The translations under genes were made by a program, and so were the position numbers. 64,000 nucleotides of DNA from Nemertoderma westbladi (Eukaryota; Animalia; Xenacoelomorpha), in the NCBI GenBank assembly GCA_032718475.1, contig JAUCBJ010000306.1, forward strand, positions 1-64,000, given 5' to 3'. Below, one piece after another: positions 24,701 through 40,768 of the stretch; positions within the stretch are counted from its first letter, which is position 1, and the number at the start of each line of letters is the position of its first letter. A model generated the notes under the pieces. It was not told the origin of the DNA. It worked only from the letters and a program-made list of their open reading frames with translations, and ran no database searches.

Positions 24701-27700
24701 GGACTTAACTGACAACTTAAGTGAACTGGACTTGACAAAAAACTTAAGTGAACTGCACTTAAATGACACTTAACTGACAACTTAAGTGAACTGTACTTAA
24801 CTGACAACTTAAGTGAACTGTACTTAACTGACAACTTAAGTGAACTGGACTTAACTGACAACTTAAGTGAACTGGACTTAACTGACAACTTAAGTGAACT
24901 GTACTTAACTGACAACTTAAGTAAACTGGACTTAACTGACAACTTAAGTGAACTGGACTTAACTGACAACTTAAGTGAACTGGACTTAACTGACAACTTA
25001 AGTGAACTGGACTTAACTGACAACTTAAGTGAACTGTACTTAACTGACAACTTAAGTGAACTGGACTTAACTGACAACTTAAGTGAACTGGACTTAACTG
25101 ACAACTTAAGTGAACTGGACTTGACAAAAAACTTAAATGAAATGTACTTAACTGACAACTTAAGTGAACTGGAATTAACTGACAACTTAAGTGAACTGGA
25201 CTTAACTGACAACTTAAGTGAACTGGACTTGACAAAAAACTTAAGTGAACTGTACTTAAATGACACTTAACTGACAACTTAAGTGAACTGTACTTAACTG
25301 ACAACTTAAGTGAACTGTACTTACTGACAACTTAAGTGAACTGTACTTAACTGACAACTTAAGTGAACTGTACTTAACTGACAACTTAAGTGAATTGTAC
25401 TTAACTGACAACTTAAGTGAACTGTACTTAACTGACAACTTAAATGAAATGTACTTAACTGACAACTTAAGTGAACTGGACTTAACTGACACCTTAAGTG
25501 AACTGGACTTGACAAAAAACTTAAGTGAACTGTACTTAACTGACAACTTAAGTGAACTGGACTTAACTGACAACTTATGTGAACTGGACTTAACTGACAA
25601 CTTAAGTGAAATGTACTTAACTGACAACTTAAGTGAACTGTACTTAACTGACAACTTAAGTGAACTGGACTTAACTGACAACTTAAGTGAACTGGCCTTA
25701 ACTGACAACTTAAGTGAACTGTACTTAACTGACAACTTAAGTGAACTGGACTTAACTGACAACTTAACTGAACTGTACTTAACTGACAACTTAAGAGAAC
25801 TGGACTTAACTGACAACTTAAGTGAACTGTACTTAACTGACAACTTAAGTAAACTGGACTTAACTGACAACTTAAGTGAACTGGACTTAACTGACAACTT
25901 AAGTGAACTGTACTTAACTGACAACTTAAGTGAACTGTACTTAACTGACAACTTAAGTGAACTGTACTTAACTGAAAACTTAAGTGAACTGTACTTAACT
26001 GACAACTTAAGTGAATTGTACTTAACTGACAACTTAAGTGAACTGTACTTAACTGACAACTTAAGTGAACTGGACTTGACAAAAAACTTAAGTGAACTGT
26101 ACTTAACTGACAACTTAAGTGAACTGTACTTAACTGACAACTTAAGTGAACTGGACTTAACTGACAACTTAACTGAACTGTACTTAACTGACAACTTAAG
26201 TGAACTGGACTTAACTGACCACTTAAGTGAACTGGACTTAACTGACAACTTAAGTGAACTGTACTTAACTGACAACTTAAGTGAACTGGACTTAACTGAC
26301 AACGTAAGTGAACTGGACTTAACTGACAACTTAGTGAACTCTACTTAACTGACAACTTAAGTGAACTGTACTTAACTGACAACTTAAGTAAACTGGACTT
26401 AACTGACAACTTAAGTGAACTGGACCTAACTGACAACTTAAGTGAACTGGACTTAAGTGAACTGGACTTAACTGACCACTTAAGTGAACTGGACTTAACT
26501 GACAACTTAAGTGAACTGTACTTAACTGACAACTTAAGTGAACTGGACTTAACTGACAACTTAAGTGAACTGGACTTAACTGACAACTTAAGTGAACTGT
26601 ACTTAACTGACAACTTAAGTGAACTGGACTTAACTGACAACTTAAGTGAACTGGACTTAACTGACAACTTAAGTGAACTGGACTTAACTGACAACTTAAG
26701 TGAACTGTACTTAACTGACAACTTAAGTAAACTGGACTTAACTGACAACTTAAGTGAACTGGACTTAACTGACAACTTAAGTGAACTGGACTTAACTGAC
26801 AACTTAAGTGAACTGGACTTAACTGACAACTTAAGTGAACTGTACTTAACTGACAACTTAAGTGAACTGGACTTAACTGACAACTTAAGTGAACTGGACT
26901 TAACTGACAACTTAAGTGAACTGTACTTAAATGACACTTAACTGACAACTTAAGTGAACTGTACTTAACTGACAACTTAAGTGAACTGTACTTAACTGAT
27001 AACTTAAGTGAATTGTACTTAACTGACAACTTAAGTGAACTGTACTTAACTGACAACTTAAGTAAACTGGACTTAACTGACAACTTAAGTGAACTGGACT
27101 TAACTGACAACTTAAGTGAACTGGACTTAACTGACAACTTAAGTGAACTGGACTTAACTGACAACTTAAGTAAACTGGACTTAACTGACAACTTAAGTGA
27201 ACTGGACTTAACTGACAACTTAAGTGAACTGGACTTGACAAAAAACTTAAGTGAACTGTACTTAACTGACAACTTAAGTGAACTGTACTTAACTGACAGC
27301 TTAAGTAAACTGCAGATAACTGACAACTTAAGTGAACCGTACTTAACTGACAACTTAAGTAAACTGGACTTAACTGACAACTTAAGTGAACTGTACTTAA
27401 CTGACAACTTAAGTGAACTGGACTTAACTGACAACTTAAGTAAACTGGACTTAACTGACAACTTAAGTGAACTGGACTTAACTGACAACTTATGTGAACT
27501 GGACTTAACTGACAACTTAAGTGAACTGTACTTAACTGACAACTTAAGTGAACTGGACTTAACTGACAACTTAAGTGAACTGGACTTAACTGACAACTTA
27601 AGTGAACTGGACTTGACAAAAAACTTAAGTGAACTGTACTTAAATGACACTTAACTGACAACTTAAGTGAACTGTACTTAACTGACAACTTAAGTGAACT

Positions 27701-30700
27701 GTACTTAACTGACAACTTAAGTGAATTGTACTTAACTGACAACTTAAGTGAACTGTACTTAACTGACAACTTAAATGAAATGTACTTAACTGACAACTTA
27801 AGTGAACTGGACTTAACTGACAACTTAAGTGAACTGGACTTGACAAAAAACTTAAGTGAACTGTACTTAACTGACAACTTAAGTGAACTGGACTTAACTG
27901 ACAACTTATGTGAACTGGACTTAACTGACAACTTAAGTGAAATGTACTTAACTGACAACTTAAGTGAACTGTACTTAACTGACAACTTAAGTGAACTGGA
28001 CGTAACTGACAACTTAAGTGAACTGGACTTAACTGACAACTTAAGTGAACTGGACTTGACAAAAAACTTAAGTGAACTGTACTTAAATGACACTTAACTG
28101 ACAACTTAAGTGAACTGTACTTAACTGACAACTTAAGTGAACTGTACTTAACTGACAACTTAAGTGAATTGTACTTAACTGACAACTTAAGTGAATTGTA
28201 CTTAACTGACAACTTAAGTGAACTGTACTTAACTGACAACTTAAATGAAATGTACTTAACTGACAACTTAAGTGAACTGGACTTAACTGACAACTTAAGT
28301 GAACTGGACTTGACAAAAAACTTAAGTAAACTGGACTTAACTGACAACTTAAGTGAACTGGACTTAACTGACAACTTAAGTGAACTGGACTTGACAAAAA
28401 ACTTAAGTGAACTGGACTTAACTGACAACTTAAGTGAACTGTACTTAACTGACAACTTAAGTGAACTGGACTTAACTGACAACTTAAGTGAACTGTACTT
28501 AACTGACAACTTAAGTAAACTGGACTTAACTGACAACTTAAGTGAACTGTACTTAACTGACAACTTAAGTGAACTGGACTTAACTGACAACTTAAGTAAA
28601 CTGTACTTAACTGACAACTTAAGTGAACTGGACTTACTTAACTGACAACTTAAGAGAACTGGACTTAACTGACAACTTAAGTGAACTGGACTTGACAAAA
28701 AACTTAAGTGAACTGGACTTAACTGACAACTTAAGTGAACTGTACTTAACTGACAACTTAAGTGAACTGGACTTAACTGACAACTTAAGTGAACTGTACT
28801 TAACTGACAACTTAAGTAAACTGGACTTAACTGACAACTTAAGTGAACTGGACTTAACTGACAACTTAAGTGAACTGGACTTGACAAAAAACTTAAGTGA
28901 ACTGGACTTAACTGACAACTTAAGTGAACTGTACTTAACTGACAACTTAAGTGAACTGGACTTAACTGACAACTTAAGTGAACTGTACTTAACTGACAAC
29001 TTAAGTAAACTGGACTTAACTGACAACTTAAGTGAACTGGACTTAACTGACAACTTAAGTGAACTGGACTTGACAAAAAACTTAAGTGAACTGTACTTAA
29101 ATGACACTTAACTGACAACTTAAGTGAACTGTACTTAACTGACAACTTAAGTGAACTGTACTTAACTGACAACTTAAGTGAATTGTACTTAACTGACAAC
29201 TTAAGTGAACTGTACTTAACTGACAACTTAAATGAAATGTACTTAACTGACAACTTAAGTGAACTGGACTTAACTGACAACTTAAGTGAACTGGACTTGA
29301 CAAAAAACTTAAGTGAACTGTACTTAACTGACAACTTAAGTGAACTGGACTTAACTGACAACTTATGTGAACTGGACTTAACTGACAACTTAAGTGAAAT
29401 GTACTTAACTGACAACTTAAGTGAACTGTACTTAACTGACAACTTAAGTGAACTGGACGTAACTGACAACTTAAGTGAACTGGACTTAACTGACAACTTA
29501 AGTGAACTGGACTTGACAAAAAACTTAAGTGAACTGTACTTAAATGACACTTAACTGACAACTTAAGTGAACTGTACTTAACTGACAACTTAAGTGAACT
29601 GTACTTAACTGACAACTTAAGTGAATTGTACTTAACTGACAACTTAAGTGAACTGTACTTAACTGACAACTTAAATGAAATGTACTTAACTGACAACTTA
29701 AGTGAACTGGACTTAACTGACAACTTAAGTGAACTGGACTTGACAAAAAACTTAAGTGAACTGTACTTAACTGACAACTTAAGTGAACTGGACTTAACTG
29801 ACAACTTATGTGAACTGGACTTAACTGACAACTTAAGTAAACTGGACTTAACTGACAACTTAAGTGAACTGGACTTAACTGACAACTTAAGTGAACTGGA
29901 CTTAACTGACAACTTAAGTGAACTGGACTTGACAAAAAACTTAAGTCAACTGGACTTAACTGAAAACTTAAGTGAACTGGACTTAACTGACAACTTAAGT
30001 GAACTGGACTTGACAAAAAACTTAAGTGAACTGTACTTAAATGACACTTAACTGACAACTTAAGTGAACTGTACTTAACTGACAACTTAAGTGAACTGTA
30101 CTTAACTGACAACTTAAGTGAACTGTACTTAACTGACAACTTAAGTGAACTGGACTTAACTAACAACTTAAGTGAACTGGACTTAACTGACAACTTAAGT
30201 GAAGTGGACTTGACAAAAAACTTAAGTGAACTGGACTTAACTGACAACTTAAGTGAACTGGACTTAACTGACAACTTAAGTGAACTGGACTTGACAAAAA
30301 ACTTAAGTGAACTGCACTTAAATGACACTTAACTGACAACTTAAGTGAACTGTACTTAACTGACAACTTAAGTGAACTGTACTTAACTGACAACTTAAGT
30401 GAACTGGACTTAACTGACAACTTAAGTGAACTGGACTTAACTGACAACTTAAGTGAACTGTACTTAACTGACAACTTAAGTAAACTGGACTTAACTGACA
30501 ACTTAAGTGAACTGGACTTAACTGACAACTTAAGTGAACTGGACTTAACTGACAACTTAAGTGAACTGGACTTAACTGACAACTTAAGTGAACTGTACTT
30601 AACTGACAACTTAAGTGAACTGGACTTAACTGACAACTTAAGTGAACTGGACTTAACTGACAACTTAAGTGAACTGGACTTGACAAAAAACTTAAATGAA

Positions 30701-33700
30701 ATGTACTTAACTGACAACTTAAGTGAACTGGAATTAACTGACAACTTAAGTGAACTGGACTTAACTGACAACTTAAGTGAACTGGACTTGACAAAAAACT
30801 TAAGTGAACTGTACTTAAATGACACTTAACTGACAACTTAAGTGAACTGTACTTAACTGACAACTTAAGTGAACTGTACTTACTGACAACTTAAGTGAAC
30901 TGTACTTAACTGACAACTTAAGTGAACTGTACTTAACTGACAACTTAAGTGAATTGTACTTAACTGACAACTTAAGTGAACTGTACTTAACTGACAACTT
31001 AAATGAAATGTACTTAACTGACAACTTAAGTGAACTGGACTTAACTGACACCTTAAGTGAACTGGACTTGACAAAAAACTTAAGTGAACTGTACTTAACT
31101 GACAACTTAAGTGAACTGGACTTAACTGACAACTTATGTGAACTGGACTTAACTGACAACTTAAGTGAAATGTACTTAACTGACAACTTAAGTGAACTGT
31201 ACTTAACTGACAACTTAAGTGAACTGGACTTAACTGACAACTTAAGTGAACTGGCCTTAACTGACAACTTAAGTGAACTGTACTTAACTGACAACTTAAG
31301 TGAACTGGACTTAACTGACAACTTAACTGAACTGTACTTAACTGACAACTTAAGAGAACTGGACTTAACTGACAACTTAAGTGAACTGTACTTAACTGAC
31401 AACTTAAGTAAACTGGACTTAACTGACAACTTAAGTGAACTGGACTTAACTGACAACTTAAGTGAACTGTACTTAACTGACAACTTAAGTGAACTGTACT
31501 TAACTGACAACTTAAGTGAACTGTACTTAACTGAAAACTTAAGTGAACTGTACTTAACTGACAACTTAAGTGAATTGTACTTAACTGACAACTTAAGTGA
31601 ACTGTACTTAACTGACAACTTAAGTGAACTGGACTTGACAAAAAACTTAAGTGAACTGTACTTAACTGACAACTTAAGTGAACTGTACTTAACTGACAAC
31701 TTAAGTGAACTGGACTTAACTGACAACTTAACTGAACTGTACTTAACTGACAACTTAAGTGAACTGGACTTAACTGACCACTTAAGTGAACTGGACTTAA
31801 CTGACAACTTAAGTGAACTGTACTTAACTGACAACTTAAGTGAACTGGACTTAACTGACAACGTAAGTGAACTGGACTTAACTGACAACTTAGTGAACTC
31901 TACTTAACTGACAACTTAAGTGAACTGTACTTAACTGACAACTTAAGTAAACTGGACTTAACTGACAACTTAAGTGAACTGGACCTAACTGACAACTTAA
32001 GTGAACTGGACTTAAGTGAACTGGACTTAACTGACCACTTAAGTGAACTGGACTTAACTGACAACTTAAGTGAACTGTACTTAACTGACAACTTAAGTGA
32101 ACTGGACTTAACTGACAACTTAAGTGAACTGGACTTAACTGACAACTTAAGTGAACTGTACTTAACTGACAACTTAAGTGAACTGGACTTAACTGACAAC
32201 TTAAGTGAACTGGACTTAACTGACAACTTAAGTGAACTGGACTTAACTGACAACTTAAGTGAACTGTACTTAACTGACAACTTAAGTAAACTGGACTTAA
32301 CTGACAACTTAAGTGAACTGGACTTAACTGACAACTTAAGTGAACTGGACTTAACTGACAACTTAAGTGAACTGGACTTAACTGACAACTTAAGTGAACT
32401 GTACTTAACTGACAACTTAAGTGAACTGGACTTAACTGACAACTTAAGTGAACTGGACTTAACTGACAACTTAAGTGAACTGGACTTGACAAAAAACTTA
32501 AATGAAATGTACTTAACTGACAACTTAAGTGAACTGGAATTAACTGACAACTTAAGTGAACTGGACTTAACTGACAACTTAAGTGAACTGGACTTGACAA
32601 AAAACTTAAGTGAACTGTACTTAAATGACACTTAACTGACAACTTAAGTGAACTGTACTTAACTGACAACTTAAGTGAACTGTACTTACTGACAACTTAA
32701 GTGAACTGTACTTAACTGACAACTTAAGTGAACTGTACTTAACTGACAACTTAAGTGAATTGTACTTAACTGACAACTTAAGTGAACTGTACTTAACTGA
32801 CAACTTAAATGAAATGTACTTAACTGACAACTTAAGTGAACTGGACTTAACTGACACCTTAAGTGAACTGGACTTGACAAAAAACTTAAGTGAACTGTAC
32901 TTAACTGACAACTTAAGTGAACTGGACTTAACTGACAACTTATGTGAACTGGACTTAACTGACAACTTAAGTGAAATGTACTTAACTGACAACTTAAGTG
33001 AACTGTACTTAACTGACAACTTAAGTGAACTGGACTTAACTGACAACTTAAGTGAACTGGCCTTAACTGACAACTTAAGTGAACTGTACTTAACTGACAA
33101 CTTAAGTGAACTGGACTTAACTGACAACTTAACTGAACTGTACTTAACTGACAACTTAAGTGAACTGGACTTAACTGACAACTTAAGTGAACTGTACTTA
33201 ACTGACAACTTAAGTAAACTGGACTTAACTGACAACTTAAGTGAACTGGACTTAACTGACAACTTAAGTGAACTGTACTTAACTGACAACTTAAGTGAAC
33301 TGTACTTAACTGACAACTTAAGTGAACTGTACTTAACTGAAAACTTAAGTGAACTGTACTTAACTGACAACTTAAGTGAATTGTACTTAACTGACAACTT
33401 AAGTGAACTGTACTTAACTGACAACTTAAATGAAATGTACTTAACTGACAACTTAAGTGAACTGGACTTAACTGACACCTTAAGTGAACTGGACTTGACA
33501 AAAAACTTAAGTGAACTGTACTTAACTGACAACTTAAGTGAACTGGACTTAACTGACAACTTATGTGAACTGGACTTAACTGACAACGTAAGTGAAATGT
33601 ACTTAACTGACAACTTAAGTGAACTGTACTTAACTGACAACTTATGTGAACTGTACTTAACTGACAACTTAAGTGAACTGGACTTAACTGACAACTTAAG

Positions 33701-34656
33701 TGAACTGTACTTAACTGACAACTTAAGTGAACTGTACTTAACTGACAACTTAAGTGAACTGGACTTAACTGACCACTTAAGTGAACTGGACTTAACTGAC
33801 AACTTAAGTGAACTGTACTTAACTGACAACTTAAGTGAACTGGACTTAACTGACAACTTAAGTGAACTGGACTTAACTGACAACTTAGTGAACTCTACTT
33901 AACTGACAACTTAAGTGAACTGGACTTAACTGACAACTTAAGTGAACTGGACTTAACTGACAACTTAAGTGAACTGGACTTGACAAAAAACTTAAGTGAA
34001 CTGTACTTAACTGACAACTTAAGTGAACTGTACTTAACTGACAACTTAAGTGAACTGGACTTAACTGACAACTTAACTGAACTGTACTTAACTGACAACT
34101 TAAGTGAACTGGACTTAACTGACCACTTAAGTGAACTGGACTTAACTGACAACTTAAGTGAACTGTACTTAACTGACAACTTAAGTGAACTGGACTTAAC
34201 TGACAACGTAAGTGAACTGGACTTAACTGACAACTTAGTGAACTCTACTTAACTGACAACTTAAGTGAACTGTACTTAACTGACAACTTAAGTAAACTGG
34301 ACTTAACTGACAACTTAAGTGAACTGGACCTAACTGACAACTTAAGTGAACTGGACTTAAGTGAACTGGACTTAACTGACCACTTAAGTGAACTGCACTT
34401 AACTGACAACTTAAGTGAACTGTACTTAACTGACAACTTAAGTGAACTGGACTTAACTGACAACTTAAGTGAACTGGACTTAACTGACAACTTAAGTGAA
34501 CTGTACTTAACTGACAACTTAAGTGAACTCTACTTAACTGACAACTTAAGTGAACTGGACTTAACTGACAACTTAATTGAACTGGACTTGACAAAAAACT
34601 TAAGTGAACTGTACTTAAATGACACTTAACTGACAACTTAAGTGAACTGTACTTAA
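18752..34656. repeat. 27-bp satellite, block 1 (~590 copies) with higher-order repeats
   Basis: Monomer TTAACTGACAACTTAAGTGAACTG(G/T)AC. Variant patterns recur at +2222 and +7781 bp. Confidence 0.98.
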
Positions 34657-35323
34657 CCTAATATAATTATGGTGTTTCCAAATCTGAAAACTGCTATTTA
34701 ATAGCTCTTTTAGTTTTTAAGTTATAACAATTTCTATTTAGGGATTCCTATTGAAATTACTATTACTATGTATGATGAAACGTCGATTATCTCAAAATAT
34801 TTTTTTTATGAAATTGTCAACTTCAAAACCCTACTACTTTTACAATTTTTGAGCAATTAGTCTGAAACTTTCTGTGGGTGTCTACATAGCCACCCTGCAT
34901 AAAAGTATCAGACAACTTTTCGAAATTGTTTGTTAATAAAATTTAATACAATTTATAACAAACCTAAAAATTAGGCATAAACTTGCAGCGCCACCTAGCG
35001 GTGCAGAATTATTTTCACAAAATTTCGCCTGATAGTTATGTTGCCCCATCTTTGATATATCATATAAAAAAACGTTCATGTAATTAGATTCAAAACTGTA
35101 AAAGCCTTAGGGTTTTAAGCGCAACCAAGTTTTTTTTATTGTTAACTAGTATTAACTAATATTAAATAGCGAAAAATAAAAATTTTCTAACCTGTCATGT
35201 AGAATAGCATCTTAGGCACCTATATTCCAAATTATAGCCTAAACCAAACAATTTTGAAACGCTGAGAGTGATAAATTGAAGAGTTGTCCGAAAATGGTGT
35301 ACCCCCCCCCCCCCCCCCCCCCC
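34657..35323. mobile_element. ~667-bp non-satellite spacer, probably a truncated TTAA-type (Kolobok-like) DNA element; copy 1
   Basis: Bounded by TTAA on both sides, with right end ...GGTGTA(C)nTTAA. A near-identical copy lies at 38841-39178 plus 45903-46227. Confidence 0.5.
34986..35003 (-). promoter_or_regulatory. CTCF-like motif
   Basis: CAGCGCCACCTAGCGGTG; the reverse complement CCGCTAGGTGGCGCTG fits the CCASYAGRKGGCRS-type consensus. Sequence match only. Confidence 0.45.
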
Positions 35324-38300
35324 TTAAGTGAACTGTACTTAACTGACAACTTAAATGAACTGGACTTAACTGACAACGTAAGTGATCTGTACTTAACTGA
35401 CAACTTAAATGAAATGTACTTAACTGACAACTTAAGTGAACTGTACTTAACTGTCAACTTAAATGAAATGTACTTAACTGACAACTTAAGTGAACTGGAC
35501 TTAACTGACAACTTAAGTGAACTGGACTTAACTGACAACTTAAGTGAACTGGACTTGACAAAAAACTTAAGTGAACTGGACTTAACTGTCAACTTAAGTG
35601 AACTGTACTTAACTGACAACTTAAGTGAACTGGACTTAACTGACAACTTAAGTGAACTGTACTTAACTGACAACTTAAGTAAACTGGACTTAACTGACAA
35701 CTTAAGTGAACTGGACTTAACTGACAACTTAAGTGAACTGGACTTAAGTGAACTGGACTTAACTGACAACTTAAGTGAACTGTACTTAACTGACAACTTA
35801 AGTGAACTGGACTTAACTGACAACTTAAGTGAACTGGACTTAACTGACAACTTAAGTGAACTGGACTTGACAAAAAACTTAAATGAAATGTACTTAACTG
35901 ACAACTTAAGTGCACTGGAATTAACTGACAACTTAAGTGAACTGGACTTGACAAAAAACTTAAGTGAACTGTACTTATTTGACAACTTAAGTGAACTGGA
36001 CTTAACTGACAACTTATGTGAACTGGACTTAACTGACAACTTAAGTGAAATGTACTTAACTGACAACTTAAGTGAACTGTACTTAACTGACAACTTAAGT
36101 GAACTGGACTTAACTGACAACTTAAGTGAACTGGACTTAACTGACAACTTAAGTGAACTGTACTTAACTGACAACTTAAGTGAACTGGACTTAACTGACA
36201 ACTTAAGTGAACTGGACTTAACTGACAACTTAAGTGAACTCTACTTAACTGACAACTTAAGTGAACTGGACTTAACTGACAACTTAAGTGAACTGGACTT
36301 AACTGACAACTTAAGTGAACTGGACTTGACAAAAAACTTAAGTGAACTGTACTTAAATGACACTTAACTGACAACTTAAGTGAACTGTACTTAACTGACA
36401 ACTTAAGTGAACTGTACTTAACTGACAACTTAAGTGAACTGGACTTAACTGACAACTTAAGTGAACTGTACTTAACTGACAACTTAAGTGAACTGGACTT
36501 AACTGACAACTTAAGTGAACTGGACTTAACTGACAACTTAAGTGAACTGTACTTAACTGACAACTTAAGTGAACTGGACTTAACTAACAACTTAAGTGAA
36601 CTGGACTTAACTGACAACTTAAGTGAACTGGACTTGACAAAAAACTTAAGTGAACTGGACTTAACTGACAACTTAAGTGAACTGGACTTAACTGACAACT
36701 TAAGTGAACTGGACTTGACAAAAAACTTAAGTGAACTGTACTTAAATGACACTTAACTGACAACTTAAGTGAACTGTACTTAACTGACAACTTAAGTGAA
36801 CTGTACTTAACTGACAACTTAAGTGAACTGGACTTAACTGACAACTTAAGTGAACTGTACTTAACTGACAACTTAAGTAAACTGGACTTAACTGACAACT
36901 TAAGTGAACTGGACTTAACTGACAACTTAAGTGAACTGGACTTAACTGACAACTTAAGTGAACTGGACTTAACTGACAACTTAAGTGAACTGTACTTAAC
37001 TGACAACTTAAGTGAACTGGACTTAACTGACAACTTAAGTGAACTGGACTTAACTGACAACTTAAGTGAACTGGACTTGACAAAAAACTTAAATGAAATG
37101 TACTTAACTGACAACTTAAGTGAACTGGAATTAACTGACAACTTAAGTGAACTGGACTTAACTGACAACTTAAGTGAACTGGACTTGACAAAAAACTTAA
37201 GTGAACTGTACTTAAATGACACTTAACTGACAACTTAAGTGAACTGTACTTAACTGACAACTTAAGTGAACTGTACTTACTGACAACTTAAGTGAACTGT
37301 ACTTAACTGACAACTTAAGTGAACTGTACTTAACTGACACCTTAAGTGAATTGTACTTAACTGACAACTTAAGTGAACTGTACTTAACTGACAACTTAAA
37401 TGAAATGTACTTAACTGACAACTTAAGTGAACTGGACTTAACTGACACCTTAAGTGAACTGGACTTGACAAAAAACTTAAGTGAACTGTACTTAACTGAC
37501 AACTTAAGTGAACTGGACTTAACTGATAACTTATGTGAACTGGACTTAACTGACAACTTAAGTGAAATGTACTTAACTGACAACTTAAGTGAACTGTACT
37601 TAACTGACAACTTAAGTGAACTGGACTTAACTGACAACTTAAGTGAACTGGCCTTAACTGACAACTTAAGTGAACTGTACTTAACTGACAACTTAAGTGA
37701 ACTGGACTTAACTGACAACTTAACTGAACTGTACTTAACTGACAACTTAAGTGAACTGGACTTAACTGACAACTTAAGTGAACTGTACTTAACTGACAAC
37801 TTAAGTAAACTGGACTTAACTGACAACTTAAGTGAACTGGACTTAACTGACAACTTAAGTGAACTGTACTTAACTGACAACTTAAGTGAACTGTACTTAA
37901 CTGACAACTTAAGTGAACTGTACTTAACTGACAACTTAAGTGAACTGTACTTAACTGACAACTTAAGTGAATTGTACTTAACTGACAACTTAAGTGAACT
38001 GTACTTAACTGACAACTTAAGTGAATTGTACTTAACTGACAACTTAAGTGAACTGTACTTAACTGACAACTTAAATGAAATGTACTTAACTGACAACTTA
38101 AGTGAACTGGACTTAACTGACACCTTAAGTGAACTGGACTTGACAAAAAACTTAAGTGAACTGTACTTAACTGACAACTTAAGTGAACTGGACTTAACTG
38201 ACAACTTATGTGAACTGGACTTAACTGACAACTTAAGTGAAATGTACTTAACTGACAACTTAAGTGAACTGTACTTAACTGACAACTTAAGTGAACTGTA

Positions 38301-38840
38301 CTTAACTGACAACTTAAGTGAACTGGACTTAACTGACAACTTAAGTGAACTGTACTTAACTGACAACTTAAGTGAACTGGACTTAACTGACAACTTAAGT
38401 GAACTGGACTTAACTGACCACTTAAGTGAACTGGACTTAACTGACAACTTAAGTGAACTGTACTTAACTGACAACTTAAGTGAACTGGACTTAACTGACA
38501 ACTTAAGTGAACTGGACTTAACTGACAACTTAAGTGAACTCTACTTAACTGACAACTTAAGTGAACTGGACTTAACTGACAACTTAAGTGAACTGGACTT
38601 AACTGACAACTTAAGTGAACTGGACTTGACAAAAAACTTAAGTGAACTGTACTTAAATGACACTTAACTGACAACTTAAGTGAACTGTACTTAACTGACA
38701 ACTTAAGTGAACTCTACTTAACTGACAACTTAAGTGAACTGGACTTAACTGACAACTTAATTGAACTGGACTTGACAAAAAATTTAAGTGAACTGTACTT
38801 AAATGACACTTAACTGACAACTTAAGTGAACTGTACTTAA
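35324..38840. repeat. 27-bp satellite, block 2
   Basis: Same monomer as block 1. Confidence 0.97.
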
Positions 38841-39178
38841 CCTAATATAATTATGGTGTTTCCAAATCTGAAAACTGCTATTTAATAGCTCTTTTAGTTT
38901 TTAAGTTATAACAATTTCTATTTAGGGATTCCTATTGAAATTACTATTACTATGTATAATGAAACGTCGATTATCTCAAAATATTTTTTTTATGAAATTG
39001 TCAACTTCAAAACCCTACTACTTTTACAATTTTTGAGCAATTAGTCTGAAACTTTCTGTGGGTGTCTACATAGCCACCCTGCATAAAAGTATCAGACAAC
39101 TTTTCGAAATTGTTTATTAATAAAATTTAATACTATTTATAACAAACCTAAAAATTAGGCATAAATTTGCAGCGCCAC

Positions 39179-39722
39179 TGTGACGGGATCATCCGGAGAT
39201 GAACCCGATTTATCCGGTTTAGTTCACGCGTCCCCGCCGTATGAAAGAGTATAGAGTTGGAGTTATTGTTGTTCGTTATATTCTGACGTTGATATATGCT
39301 GATACGATATGGATATAGATACAGATATAGAGTGATGTTATACACTGACAATGGCTGTCGGGATGGTAACTAAGATCCCGGTTCTTCCCTAATTGTAACT
39401 TACTGTACCACCAGTAACACTGAGATAACTGAGGTAATATGATTACTGCTTACTGGTTATATTGCACAGTGGCTTTATTGGTACTCAATCGGTGCCAGCC
39501 CCCCTCTGATTGGTTGCTACCCCTGTTGGCGCCCTTTGAGGTGTTCCCGTTCACCCCAGCTATTCCCTCTTCTGTCAGGATACTAACCCCTGACCCTTAT
39601 TGTGTGCTTCTCTCTCCCATTCTGTTGGGGAGGCACGAGTTGGTTGGTACCCAATCTCGTGTCCCCCAATATTGCTTATTGGCTCAACTTTGTGGAGTAT
39701 TGGCGGGATTGATTCGCTAACA
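39179..39722 (-). repeat. 3' LTR
   Basis: Direct repeat of 45354-45897; no differences seen by eye. Confidence 0.95.
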
Positions 39723-40229
39723 CTCCCCCCCATGCTATCTTCCCGGTGAGAAGATAGCATCAACCTCTAAGTGCGCTTCAATTCCGCTGGATCCCGATCT
39801 AGTATCGGGTGTGGGGTGGGTCTATTTTTTTTCCGGAGTCGGCTTTCCAGGCCGCTCCCTATGGGTATGATCTCACTACCCTCTGGCGTCTCGTGTCGGG
39901 CCGATCGTGCGCTTCTTTCACACAATTTTTGTTTCCCCAACACTCTCACCACTCTAACTCCGCTCTCTGACTCAACTCGCTCTTACCCTCTCCCCACACC
40001 TGAATCGCACTCCTCTCTCTCGCCAACAGTTCCTCTCACTATCTCCTCTCTAATCTCTGCCACTCTCTAAGGCCCTAATCTCTAATGCTATCCCTGTGCT
40101 ATCATACCATCTATCTTATCTAACTTACTAACTCTAACTATCTAACTCTACTCTCTGCTAACTCTTACTACTTTTAGCTCTAACTAAAAGCCTCTAACTC
40201 TAACTCTACTTAGTCTACTCCTTTCTACT

Positions 40230-40655
40230 CTCTACGTGGCGCTTGCGGTGCCCACAACCACTCTACTACTAACTCTAACTAAAAACCCTCTATCTACGTG
40301 GCGCTTGTGGTGCCCACAACCACTCTACTACTACTTCTACTCTACGTGGCGCTTGCGGTGCCCACAACCACTCTACTAATACTAACTCTACGTGGCGCTT
40401 ACGGTGCCCACAACCACTCTACTAATACTAACTCTACGTGGCGCTTACGGTGCCCACAACCACTCTACTAATACTAACTCTACGTGGCGCTTACGGTACT
40501 ACGTACCTTCTAACTCTTACGGTACTACGTACCCTTCAACTCTCTAGCTAGCCAGCGGTACTACGTACCCTCAACTAACTAACTAACTAACTCTTACTAA
40601 CTAGTGGTACTACGTACCTTCTAACTCTTACTAACTAATGGTACTACGTACCCTC
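40230..40655. repeat. Internal tandem repeats in the LTR element 3' UTR
   Basis: About 5 copies of CTCTACGTGGCGCTT(A/G)CGGTGCCCACAACCACTCTACTA, then about 5 copies of GGTACTACGTACC. Confidence 0.85.
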
Positions 40656-40768
40656 TAGCTACTCTATTATTTAATTATTTTATTAATTTCAATTAAATAA
40701 TTATTTGTGTGGGAAGCCTCGCCCTCATTCCCACCCCCCTCAGTCCAAATATTGGACGACTAAACCGC

